DNA of 46,765 nt from Paraglomus brasilianum (Eukaryota), in contig CAJVPI010000170.1 of assembly GCA_910592345.1 (NCBI GenBank), positions 1 through 46,765 on the forward strand. The letters are read 5' to 3'. Positions 1-12,590 of this stretch are shown one piece after another (within the stretch, counting starts at the first letter, position 1; every line of letters starts with the position of its first letter). The position numbers and the translations under genes are program-made. The notes below the pieces were generated by a model. It saw only the letters and a program-made list of their open reading frames with translations. It was not told the DNA's origin and ran no database searches.

Positions 1-1047
1 TAACGGATGCCACGTTGAGCTAATATAATATAAATACGATCTGATCTCTCTTTAAGTATTAAACCCAAACTAGTAGTAGCAGTGGAATTCTGATAAACAA
101 ACTCGTTTATTGGTTTTTCATATCAAATGGATTCTCTTTCTTTGCTTATATAAATTACAGTTACCACCAGCTGGACTGAATCCATTTTTGCCATGTAAAA
201 GCTTTAGTTAGCGATTTAGATGTAATATTATGATCACGGGGCCGTGGTTAATTCTAGGCAATCTGGTGCGACTCGCTCTCTATGGAGTTTTAAAAGATCA
301 GATGTTTTACCAGTACCTAGAATTTTGTAATCTTTCAATGTCAACGTCTGATAGAGTCTAGAAAACTGAAAAAATTTTCACGTCATAGTAGTTTCATCAC
401 ATTAAGTCAAAGGTTATTGTCTTCGTTGAAATGTCCAGTAACCTTCTCGCTACCAGTAGGTAAACTCATTTTTAACTGTTTCAAAATGCAACAATATTAA
501 TACATTGTTTCTGGTCTTTTAGTCACTATTTCGCACTGTTAGCATTTACCGATAAATTACTAATCACACGGCTAACTTCAAATAAAAAAGACGGAAACCG
601 ATATAACGTTATTATTATTATTATATAACTATCGCAATGATTAGACAATTGTGGATGCTCATTGTTCTCCTCCTTCTCGCCAATTGGTTCGTAATGTTAA
701 CTTATGTTATCAGTTTCGCAAACGAAAAGCGTCTATTCACTCTTTGCTAGTCACAGTTTTAATCATTCCCAATGACTTGTTTCTTTTTAGGCGTCAGTCG
801 TCATTGTGAGCCGACACCCCCGGACTAATTTTCCGGAATAAGGTGAGATACTATCTGTCAGACTAACTTCCAATGCAAGTTTTGTGCTATAATTCATTAT
901 GCTACTATTATACAGACTATAATATGAAACATCAGTTATTCGGACGAGGACGAGGACGAAGAAGAGGAAGAGGAATACAAGTTTGAAGAAGAGGAAGGAA
1001 TACGACGACGAATTCGAAGAAGAGGAAGAAGAGGAAGAGGGATCAAT

Positions 1048-1262
1048 AATCGGGATATTGATTATGATCACCGCTTTCTTCGCCTTGTGTAAGCAAAAAG
1101 GCAACAAATTGGGAAGAGGGATCAAACTCGGGATATTGGTTATCATTGATTGTCTCTTTCTTCCATGCCTTGTGTAATCATAAAGGCAACAAATTTGGGG
1201 TATTGATTATCATTGTCTCTTTCTTCCGTGCCTTGTGTAAGTATAAAGGCAACAAATTGTTG
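1048..1262 (-). repeat. Three imperfect tandem copies of a ~65-85 nt coding-like unit
   Basis: AAAGGCAACAAATT / GCCTTGTGTAA / GATATTG(A/G)TTAT blocks recur three times; the minus strand reads FVAF(I/M/L)(L/I)TQG..EE..D.NQYP in each copy, with a frameshift. Confidence 0.6.
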
Positions 1263-1705
1263 CCAAATTGTCGAACGTTCTTCAAAAAAGAGTAGTTTTG
1301 GATAATAACAATATTGATTTTTTTGACGATGGATCTGTACAATTAAAGATTATATGTAATAAATATCCGAGACAACCATATTAATATATATGACATGATA
1401 TCAAAATTCATTTGTTGCCAAGCATAACAATACAACAATGGACCATAACAAAAAGTAAAAGACGCACTGTGACAATATAGTCGCGCGTCAACCGATTTTT
1501 AGTATTGATATGCATTTACAAAGTTCACCAATATAAGCCCGCCTCTATACTGGCTGATGTCTAATCCTGGAAACGGGTCAGAATGCTTAACATTATTATT
1601 ATATCTAAGTGCGCTCGCTGTATTGAAAGATATTAATATGTGACTCTCCTTTGCAGTAATGATAGTGTTCGGTGACTTTCTCCATGTAATCCAAACCGAA
1701 TTTAA

Positions 1706-1723
1706 TAATTATTGTTGTTGTTG

Positions 1724-1763
<40 letters not shown>

Positions 1764-1802
1764 GGCAGATTAATTACTATTATTATTATTATTATTATTA
1801 GT
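1706..1802. repeat. (TTG)n/(TTA)n microsatellite
   Basis: Directly visible trinucleotide runs. Confidence 0.9.
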
Positions 1803-1989
1803 ATTAGTAATAATCATATTATTAATTGAATGGGCCAGACTTATTAAACGGAGATGATCACTGCTGAATAAGATTCGGATTAATCATCGGACAGATTAAT
1901 AATCTTGTAATAATTATAATTAGTATTAGAAATCAAAAGATTATGAATCAAAAAAAATTCGAAAATGGTGCCATGTTCCGCTCCTTGCA

Positions 1990-1996
1990 TATATAA
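1990..1996 (+). promoter_or_regulatory. Putative TATA box of the pirin gene
   Basis: TATATAA about 55 nt upstream of the pirin ATG. Confidence 0.4.
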
Positions 1997-2048
1997 GGAG
2001 GGATGAAGGGATCAAGAAGTGAATTGTCTCTAGTATATTTACATCGTG

Positions 2049-3276
2049 ATGGCAGGAAGCATTGCTCGTACAATTTCAAAATCAATATTTGCAAAAGTAG
2101 GTAACAACCCTGTAATGTCATTTACATTGTGCATATCTCTGAATTTTGCGACTCTTCTTTAGCCTCGACCAGAAGGCGTTGGTGCAACAGTTCGCAGGGC
2201 AATTGGCGGGGGTCATAGTTACTTAGATCCGTTCTTAATGTGCGATGATTTCACTGTAGCCCCACCAGCCGGATTTCCAGATCATCCCCACAGGGGATTT
2301 GAGACAGTGACGTATCTCTTAGAAGGTCGGTAATTCTACTTTGGGAATAAATAAAGGCCTCCTATTTTTTTTTTTTTTTTTTTCGACAAAAATCTAACGT
2401 CAGGTAAATGTAGGTGCCATAGCCCACGAAGACTTCGCTGGAAATAAGGGCATCATTGGGCCGGGGTAAGTACAACAACTTAAAATCATCAAATTGATAC
2501 TAGCGCCACTATTAAGCATTTAATTATTCATCATTGGCACACTTTTTACTCGCCTATTCTATTCTTAAGTGATCTCCAATGGATGACTGCCGGCAAAGGC
2601 ATAGTTCACGCAGAAATGCCAGCATCTCCCACTCCCTCTCGCGGAATTCAACTTTGGCTCAATCTTCCCGCCGACCAGAAGATGATCGAACCCAGCTATC
2701 AAGATCTCAAAGATAAGGATATTCCACGAGCCCAACCAGAAGAGGGTGTTGATATAAAAGTAATCGCAGGTGAATCACATGGTGTGAAATCACCGGTGTT
2801 TACACGGACACCATCGATGATGATTGATTTTTCGTTACTCAAGGGGAAAAAAGTCAGGCAGGAAATACCAAAGGAATACAGAGGATTTATTTATGTGATT
2901 AAGGGATCAGGGTATTTTGGAGAAACCGAACACAAAGGCGAAACAGCTCATGTGTTGTTTCTTGACGATAATGAGGGAGATCACTTGAATGTTGAGGCAC
3001 GAGAGGACGATCTGAGGTTTGTTCTCTTTGCTGGCAAGCCGCTTAACGTAAGTGTAATGAAATAACAAGTATTGATATCTATAGTCTACTTGATATGTAT
3101 TAATAGACATGTATATTAATCGATTGTAGGAGCGAATCGTCCAGCATGGCCCATTCGTAATGAATGCAGATGAACAGATCTTCCAGGCTATCAATGACTA
3201 TAACTACTGCAAAAATGGGTTTGAGCGAGCGAAGAATTGGCGTTCATCAATTGCTGATGGGGTTATTAGGACTTGA
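2049..3276 (+). CDS. Pirin (cupin-fold, quercetinase-like protein), 5 exons
   Basis: Exons approx 2049-2096, 2163-2325, 2415-2465, 2570-3047, 3130-3276 with GT-AG introns. Motifs EGVGATVRRAIG, GFPDHPHRGFETVTY, DLQWMTAGKGIVHAEMP, QLWLNLP, HGPFVMN, NGFERA. Confidence 0.93.
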
Positions 3277-3569
3277 GCATGTTTACTGCCAAATGTATTT
3301 ATGGTAATAAGATGCTAACCCTTTTTGATACTCCAAGAGCATGCTACCAATTATCATTTCAATGCCAAAGAACATTACAAACTCTGAGAATCGTGTAAAA
3401 TGCAGGATATCAATCAACTATTGCTTGTTAGCACGAACTCTATATAATAATAAAGCTTTTATTTGGAATATTAAATAGTTTTGTGTGTATGCTAAACGTA
3501 AGTTATAGGTTGTAATCTTGTAATAGGATATATGCGTTTACATTACTACTATTTCTCCGGAGAGAATCT

Positions 3570-4695
3570 AGGCTCCATCAAGCAATGAAGTATAGGCCTT
3601 ATTTTGGATAATAACATGACACCTGCTTTAGCCGCCAGACGTTGGCGAAATTGATAGTGGCCCCAACAGAGCATTTTACGAACGGTTTTTCGTGTTATCT
3701 TTCTTGTTTTTCGATTTACCATATTCGACACCTCAAAAGGGATAAGTAAAAAATGCGACACTCTTTTTATGAATTTCGCTTTGCAGGTGTTTGATTTTTC
3801 GTCGCATCCGATAGATTGCCTTATCAAGTCGCAAGGCCTTTTTCTTCTTACGTTTTGAATTAGAGGCAGCCAGCTTGTCCTTTATAGAAAGAAGATTATC
3901 TATATTAATATGCTTGCATAGACGAATAATTCGTCCAATGTCGTATTGGTTAATTTTACCTAGAGAGTACCATGTGAAGGTCGATGGAAGCTGCATGAAT
4001 AGAACTATCCGCTTGGGTTTCGCGGAGTTGTTTTTGCGTCTCGTGAACTTCCGTTCATTAGTTTTGCGAATCTAGGTGATCTTCGTAATAGGCCACTTAT
4101 TATCATGCTTTTTTTTTTTTTTTCGAAATGAAGCGGCCACAAATCGCGTTTGTCGTCCAGAGTGATAACAGGCTTATGACGGAATGCGGAAAGCATTGAT
4201 GGATTATTATTATGGAGATGAGTGATATAGAAACGGTTCCACGTGGATAATTTTTTCGGGATCGAAATGACAAAGACGAACTTTGCTGATTCCTGTATTT
4301 TGATTGTCCCTAAAATTAGTTAAATAAAATCAAAAATAAATAAATAAATAAATAGAAAAATAACAACATGCTTAGCAGTTAGTGCTTCATCAATCGCCTC
4401 ATCGATAATGTTTGCAGGCCATGTGTACCTTGAAGCAGCATTCCAATACAATACGCGTGATTTTTGAAAACTCTTGTCCTCACGCTCATTAGCGTCTTTT
4501 CCTACACGAACATCCGTGTACTTATCTTCAATAGGTTGAGATTTTATCCAAACCCGTCGTGATGGACCAATATGCGAATCTTTGGTATAGAAACGGCAGT
4601 ATCGACAACTGCATTATAAGCATACCTCGACAAGCCCATCCACCGTTTCAATAGCTGCTTTTGAAGGTGATTTGGATATACTTTGATTATTATTT
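3570..4695 (-). mobile_element. Degenerate Fanzor2/IS607-TnpB-like nuclease gene (pseudogenised)
   Basis: Frameshifted fragments in TnpB/Fanzor order: IKVYPNHLQKQLLKRWMGLSRYAYN (N-terminal HTH), PANIIDEAIDEA, IHAASID (RuvC-I), RIIRLCKHI..RMRRKIKHLQSEIHKK (bridge helix), LIPFEVSNMV..RKITRKTVRKMLCWGHYQFRQRL (RuvC-II), HVIIQNKAYTS, then LLDGA. Confidence 0.8.
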
Positions 4696-4699
4696 TGCC

Positions 4700-4780
4700 A
4701 TGATATTAAAGTCTTGGGAAGAAATTGGAAAAAGCACTTTTGTTAATTTGATTCAAAGCATGCTGTCAAGATTGAAACCT
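4700..4780 (+). mobile_element. Tc1-like transposase C-terminal fragment
   Basis: LKSWEEIGKSTFVNLIQSMLSRLK resembles the Tc1 terminal W..I......LI.SMPRR motif; it abuts the 5' end of the Fanzor remnant. Confidence 0.5.
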
Positions 4781-6061
4781 TTTTTCGCGCACTGTAGAAT
4801 ACACTCTAATAACGTCAGTAACAAAGGCCGATGTCAAAACCAGAATAAGAGTAATGGTCATCATTGAATGATATTAGACTTTATTAAATGTTAAAAGTCG
4901 AGAGCCCACATACGTGAACGCCAACTAATACAAAAAAAATTGGACAAATTAACTTGCTCATTTCTGCACAGCCCATTTTTTCGTCATGAAATAAATCTAG
5001 ATTTTTGGGTATGCTCTTTTATTTTCTACTCTTCTTTTCATAGTTCTTTTTCAAATTTTTTCTTTTGTTTTTGGATTTTTTAATTATCCAGAATGTTGTT
5101 TTTTTGGCTTCTTCCAAGAAATGCTTGGCAGCCTGACTAGAGTTTTCGATATTAATATAGAAGGTGTGGCAAATTAGGCCGAGACTGTAAGTCAATAATA
5201 ACAGCCAATTGCTTCATTACTTTAAATATTCATAATATTGGGGAAGAACGCAAAGCCTATTTATTTGTGGCTGCTCTATTACCTAGAATAAAGTTTTTTT
5301 GTAATATTACGAACCTGATTCATTAAGTATACATCCAAAGTACACACAAGCGACGATTGCTCGGTAAAATGTCTTGTTCTTAAAATCTAGGTCACTTGAA
5401 TAGCGATGCGGACAAGATATTGTATTAGAATCCGACGAGCTTTAAATCACATGCATATTATGATGTACTTACATTTGGATGTTTATTATTATACCAAGAG
5501 TATGTAGTATTCTAAATCAATGTAATGTAAATTAACTTATACTCTCGTAATTAATGTGCGAACGCTTACGTTATTCACAGCCATTCTCTTCGTTATCGAG
5601 CTTTTGCAAACATTGTATTACGCGCTTTGTAGACAATACTTCAACGACTATATTGTAGTCAAACAGGTCATTATTATGCAATCTGGACGTTATTTGCCAC
5701 TTTTCTCGTCATATTCGGGTGTTCAAACCATCGGTCCTCGAATTGGGTAATTATCAAGTTTACTCGCTCCTATTTAATTTAATAACTCTATTTATCATCA
5801 CTATATCAGTGCCAAATTGTCATAATAAACGAAAAATTTACTCGCAAGAGCAGATATCAGTGCTGCATAACAACAAACACAGTGACTCATTTCAACTGAG
5901 TTGGATACAGGCTATCACATTCAAATCAATACTTGTGTCATATCTAGCTTCCAACTTTTATTTAAACAGCACATTTGCGACAATTTTATGCACATTATTA
6001 CTTTTCTGAATACGAATATATTATTTAGCGCATTCATTGTAACCTACGCTGCAACAACAGA

Positions 6062-8314
6062 ATGAACATCGACAATTTAATACACGCATCCAACTTGTTG
6101 ACCACATCGGCACTGGAAAAACGACAGCCACCGCCTACCGAAACCCTTCTTCTCGAAAATCATGGCCTTTGGCGTCAATTTCGTTCCATGGAAAATGAAA
6201 TGATAATTACAAAGACTGGCAGATGCTTATTTCCTTCCCTGAAATTCACGCCCATTAATCTCTCGCCATCAGCATCGTATTCATTTGTCCTCGATTTTAC
6301 ACCGGTTTCGCAATCAAGATTCAGGTGGAGAAATGGCATGTGGGTATGCATTGGATTCGACAAAAGAAGTAAAAAAAGAAAAGAACAAGCTATTAAGAAT
6401 TCAAAATCAGGGAGAATGACGCCAAGATTATCTACAAAGAGCTCACCAGAATTAACTGCAGATCAAGTCCGATATAGTTTAGGCCACCCAAGCGTAACGA
6501 CTCGCGTAGAAAACAGCAAAGCCGTTAAACAAGAATACAGAGCGAATCAAGTTTTTGGACATCCATACCTTCAGCCTGAATCGCCGCAATCAGGTATGAA
6601 TATTAGGGTGTGGGTAAAATAAATAATGAGACAGAAAATTGAAAGAATAATAATGATTAGTTTGCTAGTCGCTAGTTTGCTTACTCGTGTTATCACATTT
6701 TAAAACATTAACGCTCACAAAGTAACGCACACTTTTATTACTTAATTAGGACGGTATTGGATGGACAGAGGCGTCAACTTTGCCAAAGTGAAACTGTTTA
6801 ATCGCACTAGCCTACCATCATCACCCTCCTCTTCATCAAACCCAAACAACTTCCCTAACTATAACGGCTACTTTGGTTTGACGACATTTTATAAATACCA
6901 ACCGCGCATTCAAATGGTCAAGCATGGCCAAATCAACGACGTAAAAACGTTTGAATTTGACGAGACAATTTTTATTGCCGTAACACATTATCAGAATGAA
7001 CAGGTAAATACGTTAAAAAAAGAGAACAATCCCCATGCTAAAGGGTTTAAAGAAAGTAGAAGACAAAATGAGAATCATATAAGCAACATTATGGATAAAA
7101 CCGATGAGGATGATGAAATTGAGTCTGATTGCGTTATTAATAATGACGAGTATGGTAAGGATAATGACTATGAGCATGAGAGGAAAAAGAAGAGAAAACT
7201 AAATGAAAAAATTCACAAAGGTGGTAAAGACAATGAGTTTCGTTACAAGATAGTGCCAAGCGAGAGTCAACACAGAGAGAAAAGACGAGAACAAATCATG
7301 ACCGTTGACAATATTTATGACGAATCGGAGAGGTATAATGGAAAGGATTACAATCATGTTTATGACTATACTAACAATAATTCTGAGGGTAAATACGAAA
7401 ATAAATACACCAACACGGCAGCCGACAACACTCATTTTGCTACCAGCCATTCTTTCGACAAGCAAAATCAGATACCTCTTTTGTATAGTTTCTACTCAAC
7501 ACAATCAAATTGTACACGCCAGATATTGCACTATGATGAAGACGCTAATAACCCGCAAAATACACGCTATAATGCTGCACAATTGTATGCAGGGGATAAC
7601 AGCAGATATTCAAATTTGCGCTCGCTTGACCAATCGACTTTGGATAATCCACAAGATGCGCATTCGGTTACTGACTTGCAAAATGCACATTCACAACCAA
7701 CTTTTCACAGCCAAGAACCATGCTATATTCCTTCATCACCATTAATAGAGACGTCTCCATTCCATACGCCAACAAAACAAAACGGCTCCATTTCGATGCC
7801 TTATTACAGCGCACACGTAACTTCGCGCTCTTCTGCACGCGAATATCACAATTCTTCGACTATCCCGGATGTTTTGTCTGATTTTTCAACGCCAACTTGC
7901 TCTCAGTCATCCGTCACGGCCTTGTCTCCTTTAACACCCACTACTCCCACGCCCATTCCCGCAAGATTTGATAATGTAAATTTTCTCCCGAGTATTAATT
8001 CCATTTTATTATCTCCAACACCCGCGCGGCGCGGATTACTATTCAACGGAAAACAGAAGAAATTATCCGGTTCACTGTCTCCTACTTTAGGTGAAGATAA
8101 CTGCTTGGGTGAAGCTGTTCACGATGTTGCGAACATAAGACATTACGAGAAAGGCGAAAATAGGACCCGTGGAAATATTAACACACACGAGATCCGAAGA
8201 GACAAGAAAGGTAATGTTAGAACACTGGAAGATGAGAACAAGAGACTAAAAGAGTTTATCAGACTAAAGCTTGGTGTTGATGCTATCAAGGACGCTGTCA
8301 TCATGATTGAATAG
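6062..8314 (+). CDS. T-box domain transcription factor, 2 exons
   Basis: Exons 6062-6593 and 6750-8314 (phase-1 GT-AG intron restores ESPQSG-RYWM). T-box motifs LWRQF...NEMIITKTGRCLFP, VNFAKVKLFN, KYQPRI, FDETIFIAVTHYQNEQVNTLKKENNPHAKGF; long S/P/T-rich C-terminus. Confidence 0.92.
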
Positions 8315-9527
8315 ACCATAGGTAGATGGCTATTGTAGAAGATGCTAGTATCATCAGTAATAAGCAATTTTATTATCCTTGTTTTATAATTCTTGTACTT
8401 AGCAACTAAGTTGTGCTAGTAGCGAAGTTTGTATTTGTATAGCGTCTTTGGTAGCTATTGTTATCAAAATAAACTAATTGAAAATTCTCCGTGTGACTCG
8501 CATGATATCTAATTGAGGCATAGCAACTGATTGATTGTGAATGAATAGAATTTTCTGATGCGATAAACAATTATTTCACCCCGTACACAATGAACAGTAA
8601 ACGGCGTATCGTTATTGCAAGGAGCGCTTTTTCGCGCATTCACCACATGTTGCAAACAGGGGACAGCGTATGAAATACTTCATGTGAAATATTAGTGTTT
8701 AGGGGTTTTGTGACCGACTTGCCGTCCTTTTTTTGGTTATTTGCATTCTTTTTCAGGAGCACTAACATGAATGCTTGCTGGGTGCAGTGATCTTTTTTGG
8801 GTTATTTGTGATCCTTTCTAGCGAAAGTATGACAGTTTTTATATTGCGTTGCTTTACCGTCGGCGTTTCGCGTTCACTATTATTATTACGCGCAATGCTT
8901 TTATCGTGGTTTCATATCCGTTAAGGACTTCATGTTACCATACTAATACATTTTTCCCCCGAAGAATTACCGCCTCACATGATATGACTTTGGATTAACT
9001 TTTGTAGGCGATTAAAAGTATGATGGTGGGAGATGCATCACAAACGATATATATTTGCGGCGCTGATTTGTCTTTTGTAGTTGTTTTATCAGCTGAGCGG
9101 ACAAAAGCTTGCTGAAGCTTGCGAAAGAAATCAAACGTTCGACTGCGTTGACATTTATATTGGTAATTAAGATAACTTACCAAAAAATTTCGACCAATAG
9201 TAACTAGTTGGTTGCTTTATTACCGTATTAGTATGCCTTATTATTGACATGATCATCATTAATATTTGGTTGGCAAGACGTTCACCTGTTTAAGTTGCTA
9301 ACGATATTAATATTACTACCCTTTCACAACGCATTTTTTTGCGTCCATTTTATCGGACGCATACTCTTCACAAATCCGGTTTGCCTCCAACAGCACGCGC
9401 AACCTTATTCTTGACCCCACGAAAGCGAAATCATTTTTCGCTTGAGGGTTCTTCAACAGCTTCTTCTGAAGACGAAAATAGGCGCGGTGGTGAGACTCTC
9501 GGTGCTGGCGGCAGAGTTGGCTGCAGA

Positions 9528-9974
9528 ATGAAAGTCGCGCGGCCGATTATGCGTAACGGATACGCTAGCTCTGTTGAACGGGGGATTGTGTCTGCCGGGG
9601 CGCTGATTATGAGTTATAGGATTCTTCAATTTTTGGGGGATAGTAAGGCGGGAACAATTGAGAGTTTAGGTTAGTAGGCCTTTTTGTATTTTCTGTAGGT
9701 AGTGCAACAAAAGGGGTGGGGAGGGAATTGGGATGATTGCAGACTATGGAATTTGTGGATTTGACGTTAATGGTCAAAATGGCACTTATGAGAATACTAC
9801 TCTTCTTTAGCCATCTAATTTTGTTTATTTTTCGTCAATGGCAGATTTGCTGTTGCTATGGGTTGGAATTTGGGTCGTGTATTCGATATACTTCCCTTAC
9901 CACATTGAAGATTCTCACAAATTATGGGGAACAGATAATAAATGCTACAGGTCTCGATTTAATAATATACGTTC

Positions 9975-10040
<66 letters not shown>

Positions 10041-12151
10041 GTTTTTTTTTATTACGTATTTGCTAAATGCATGTAGAATACTAAATCTACTATCATGGTG
10101 AATTCTGCTATTAGGCTAGACGTTGACGATGGCTCATTTTATGCAGTATTATTGATGCCCATTATAGCTGGGGCAAAATTAATAGATGCTCGGAAAACAT
10201 ACGGCGACGACAAAATAGTTTGTGTGTGCTCTATGTTGATATCTAAAACAACTGCATTACAATTCGCTTGAACGATATTAAGGCGTTCCTGCATTTGCTG
10301 TTTAATAGTGCTCGTTCAGGCCTATTTGGAGTTATTTATTCTGATGGGACATGGAATACTGCTTCACGTGATCATGTCGAAGTTGTTTCATACACAACGG
10401 AGAAATGTAATCATATCCATTATAACGATGAGCATTTTATCAGCAGTAATGTACTTGCTAATGTCAAAGATTGGTTTACTCCCATTGTTTGGAAGTAAGT
10501 TTTTAGATACTATCCTCGGAGGTAATTCGCATTATTACTTTTCCAAACTAATTTTCATTGCCATCCTAGAATATCCGTGGCCAATTGCTATCTTCTCCCA
10601 AATAACCTACCATACTACATTATATTGTGCTGCAACGGTCTTAAAGAGAAGCTTCACTCTTGGTGAATTGTCAATTGTATCACAATCTATAACATTTCTC
10701 GCGACAGAAGCATCAATTCTCACTTTGAAAAAGGTAACTTTGTCTTCCACCGTGACACTTCCTATCCTGATTTTTTTACACTATACTCAAATTTGCCAAC
10801 GCCTCCTACTATCCAATCCTAGTAGTATCCCCTCCTTTCTCTTCCGTCATTTGCAAGGATTCCTCGCTCTCCGATAATAGCGTTACACATCGGCTTAATG
10901 TTGGGTGTTCTTGTTGTCGGTGTATTAATCTCGCCGGTACTAATGAGATCACGCAGACTGGCCCAGCAGCCAAGTTGGAGGAGCAAACATTCTCAAGTGG
11001 TTGCAAACGAGAAGAAATTTGTTGGATTTGTAGTGTGTTTGGGGAGCATATTCGTAGTTGTAAGTGGCATCGGGCAGTGGGTCGAGCTGATGATTGAGGA
11101 GAATCCGTATTTTTGGTAAGGGAAACGAAGGGCAAATGGTTCTGGAGAAGGTCAAAGTGGGTCATTTGAGTACGATAATTGGTATTGACGGAATATGTAT
11201 CATGCAGGGTAATTAACTTTGTAATCGAGTCCCCCACACGGGTCATGCTTGTGTGTTATTGGATCGTCACCGTAGTTGCGTCTATCCTGGTATACATTAA
11301 TTTGATATATTCGAGGCGAAGTTTTTCATTAAACACCAAAAGAAAGTATTTTCATGGATTGGCGGTTTTGCTGTTTATACCTGGCTATTTTCTCGAGGTT
11401 AGTTATTGTATCTACTGAATTCACGTGATGGTTTACGCTTTACGCCGGCAGGGCTAACACCGTATAAATTTCGCTATAGCCCGATTTCATAAGTCTCGCC
11501 TTCAGCGTTGCATTTGCTGCCTTTATCTATTGTGAATATTTGAGATATTTTGCAGTGTACCCTGTTGGAGCCAAACTTCATATATTCCTGAGTGAGTTTG
11601 TAGATAGTCGCGATTCAGGTCCATGTATTTTGAGTCACTTGTATTTATTAGTCGGATGTGCAGCATGCGTATGGCTACAAGGGTGAGTATGATAGAAATA
11701 GTTTACCAAATAATGAGTTTGACAAATTATTAATTGATTTCGTTTTTAGAAATTCGCCTATTGCTTCAATGTCAGGAATAATCACTCTTGGACTTGGTGA
11801 TGCTATGGTAAGGGTTATTCTAGACTTGATTATCGCCAACCGAAAATCAAACATTCCCATCAATGTCCATACCTATTTTTTGTGCCATCCCTGTAGGCAT
11901 CCATAATAGGAAAGAAATTTGGTAAACATAGATGGTCAGGTACCGTGAAGACAATAGAGGGATCGTTGGCATTTCTAATTGCTGATTTGTTGGGAGGATA
12001 TCTCGTTGGATTGCTTAGCGGGCGTCCAAATCAATGGATTCCATACATTATTGTTGCTATTGCATCCACGCTTTTGGAGGCGTTTTCTCTTCAGAATGAT
12101 AATCTGATAATTCCTCTGTTTATGTGGCCTATGATCATTTTACTATCGTAA
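9528..12151 (+). CDS. SEC59: Dolichol kinase (CTP-dependent), multi-exon; 5' exon structure uncertain
   Basis: Many TM segments. Motifs YRLDVDDG, RSFTLGELSIVSQ, LNTKRKYFHGLAV, FVDSRDSGPCILSHLYLLVG, GIITLGLGDAM/ASIIGKKFG..RW, KTIEGSLAF, LEAFSLQNDNLIIPL across GT-AG exons. Confidence 0.88.
9975..10040. repeat. (GTT)n microsatellite inside a dolichol kinase intron
   Basis: About 21 perfect GTT units; explains the poly-L and poly-V spurious ORFs. Confidence 0.95.
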
Positions 12152-12590
12152 ATATGTAAGACGCGAAGATTTCATACTCATGTAATATATATTCTATAGT
12201 TCAAATTATTTTGTATTGACAAAATTGTAACCTCGAGTTTAGGTAGTCAGATAAGGGAATATCAATAGAGGAACTCTTGCACTAAAATAAATTGAAACTT
12301 TTGTACATCGAATTCATTAGTGGCACGGAGATTTTGTTCAGTTTAACTTACAAGAAACAACTCGGGAAGTCTCATGGCGACTATAATCTCTAATTAAAAG
12401 ATCCCATCCCTTGTTAGCTTCTGCGGCTCACAAGCAATTCCAAAGATGCATAATTTGACTGTCAAGATTAGAATTCTTGTTTGATTTTATTGGTGACGTT
12501 AAATATCGAAAAATCTTTCTTTAGTGTAAAAATCCCAACGATTAGAGAATCAATATTATTTACCCATACTAATTCGGATTAAATATTCAT

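Noticed and set aside
787..1177. ORFs with poly-S and poly-E tracts
   Set aside because: Products of a GAA/GAG low-complexity tract with non-ATG or weak starts and no recognisable domain
5161..5176. AGGTGTGGCAAATT as a T-box autoregulatory half-site
   Set aside because: Imperfect match to AGGTGTGA, single copy, expected by chance
9737..10101. Poly-Leu and poly-Val ORFs
   Set aside because: Read-through of an intronic (GTT)n microsatellite in the dolichol kinase gene
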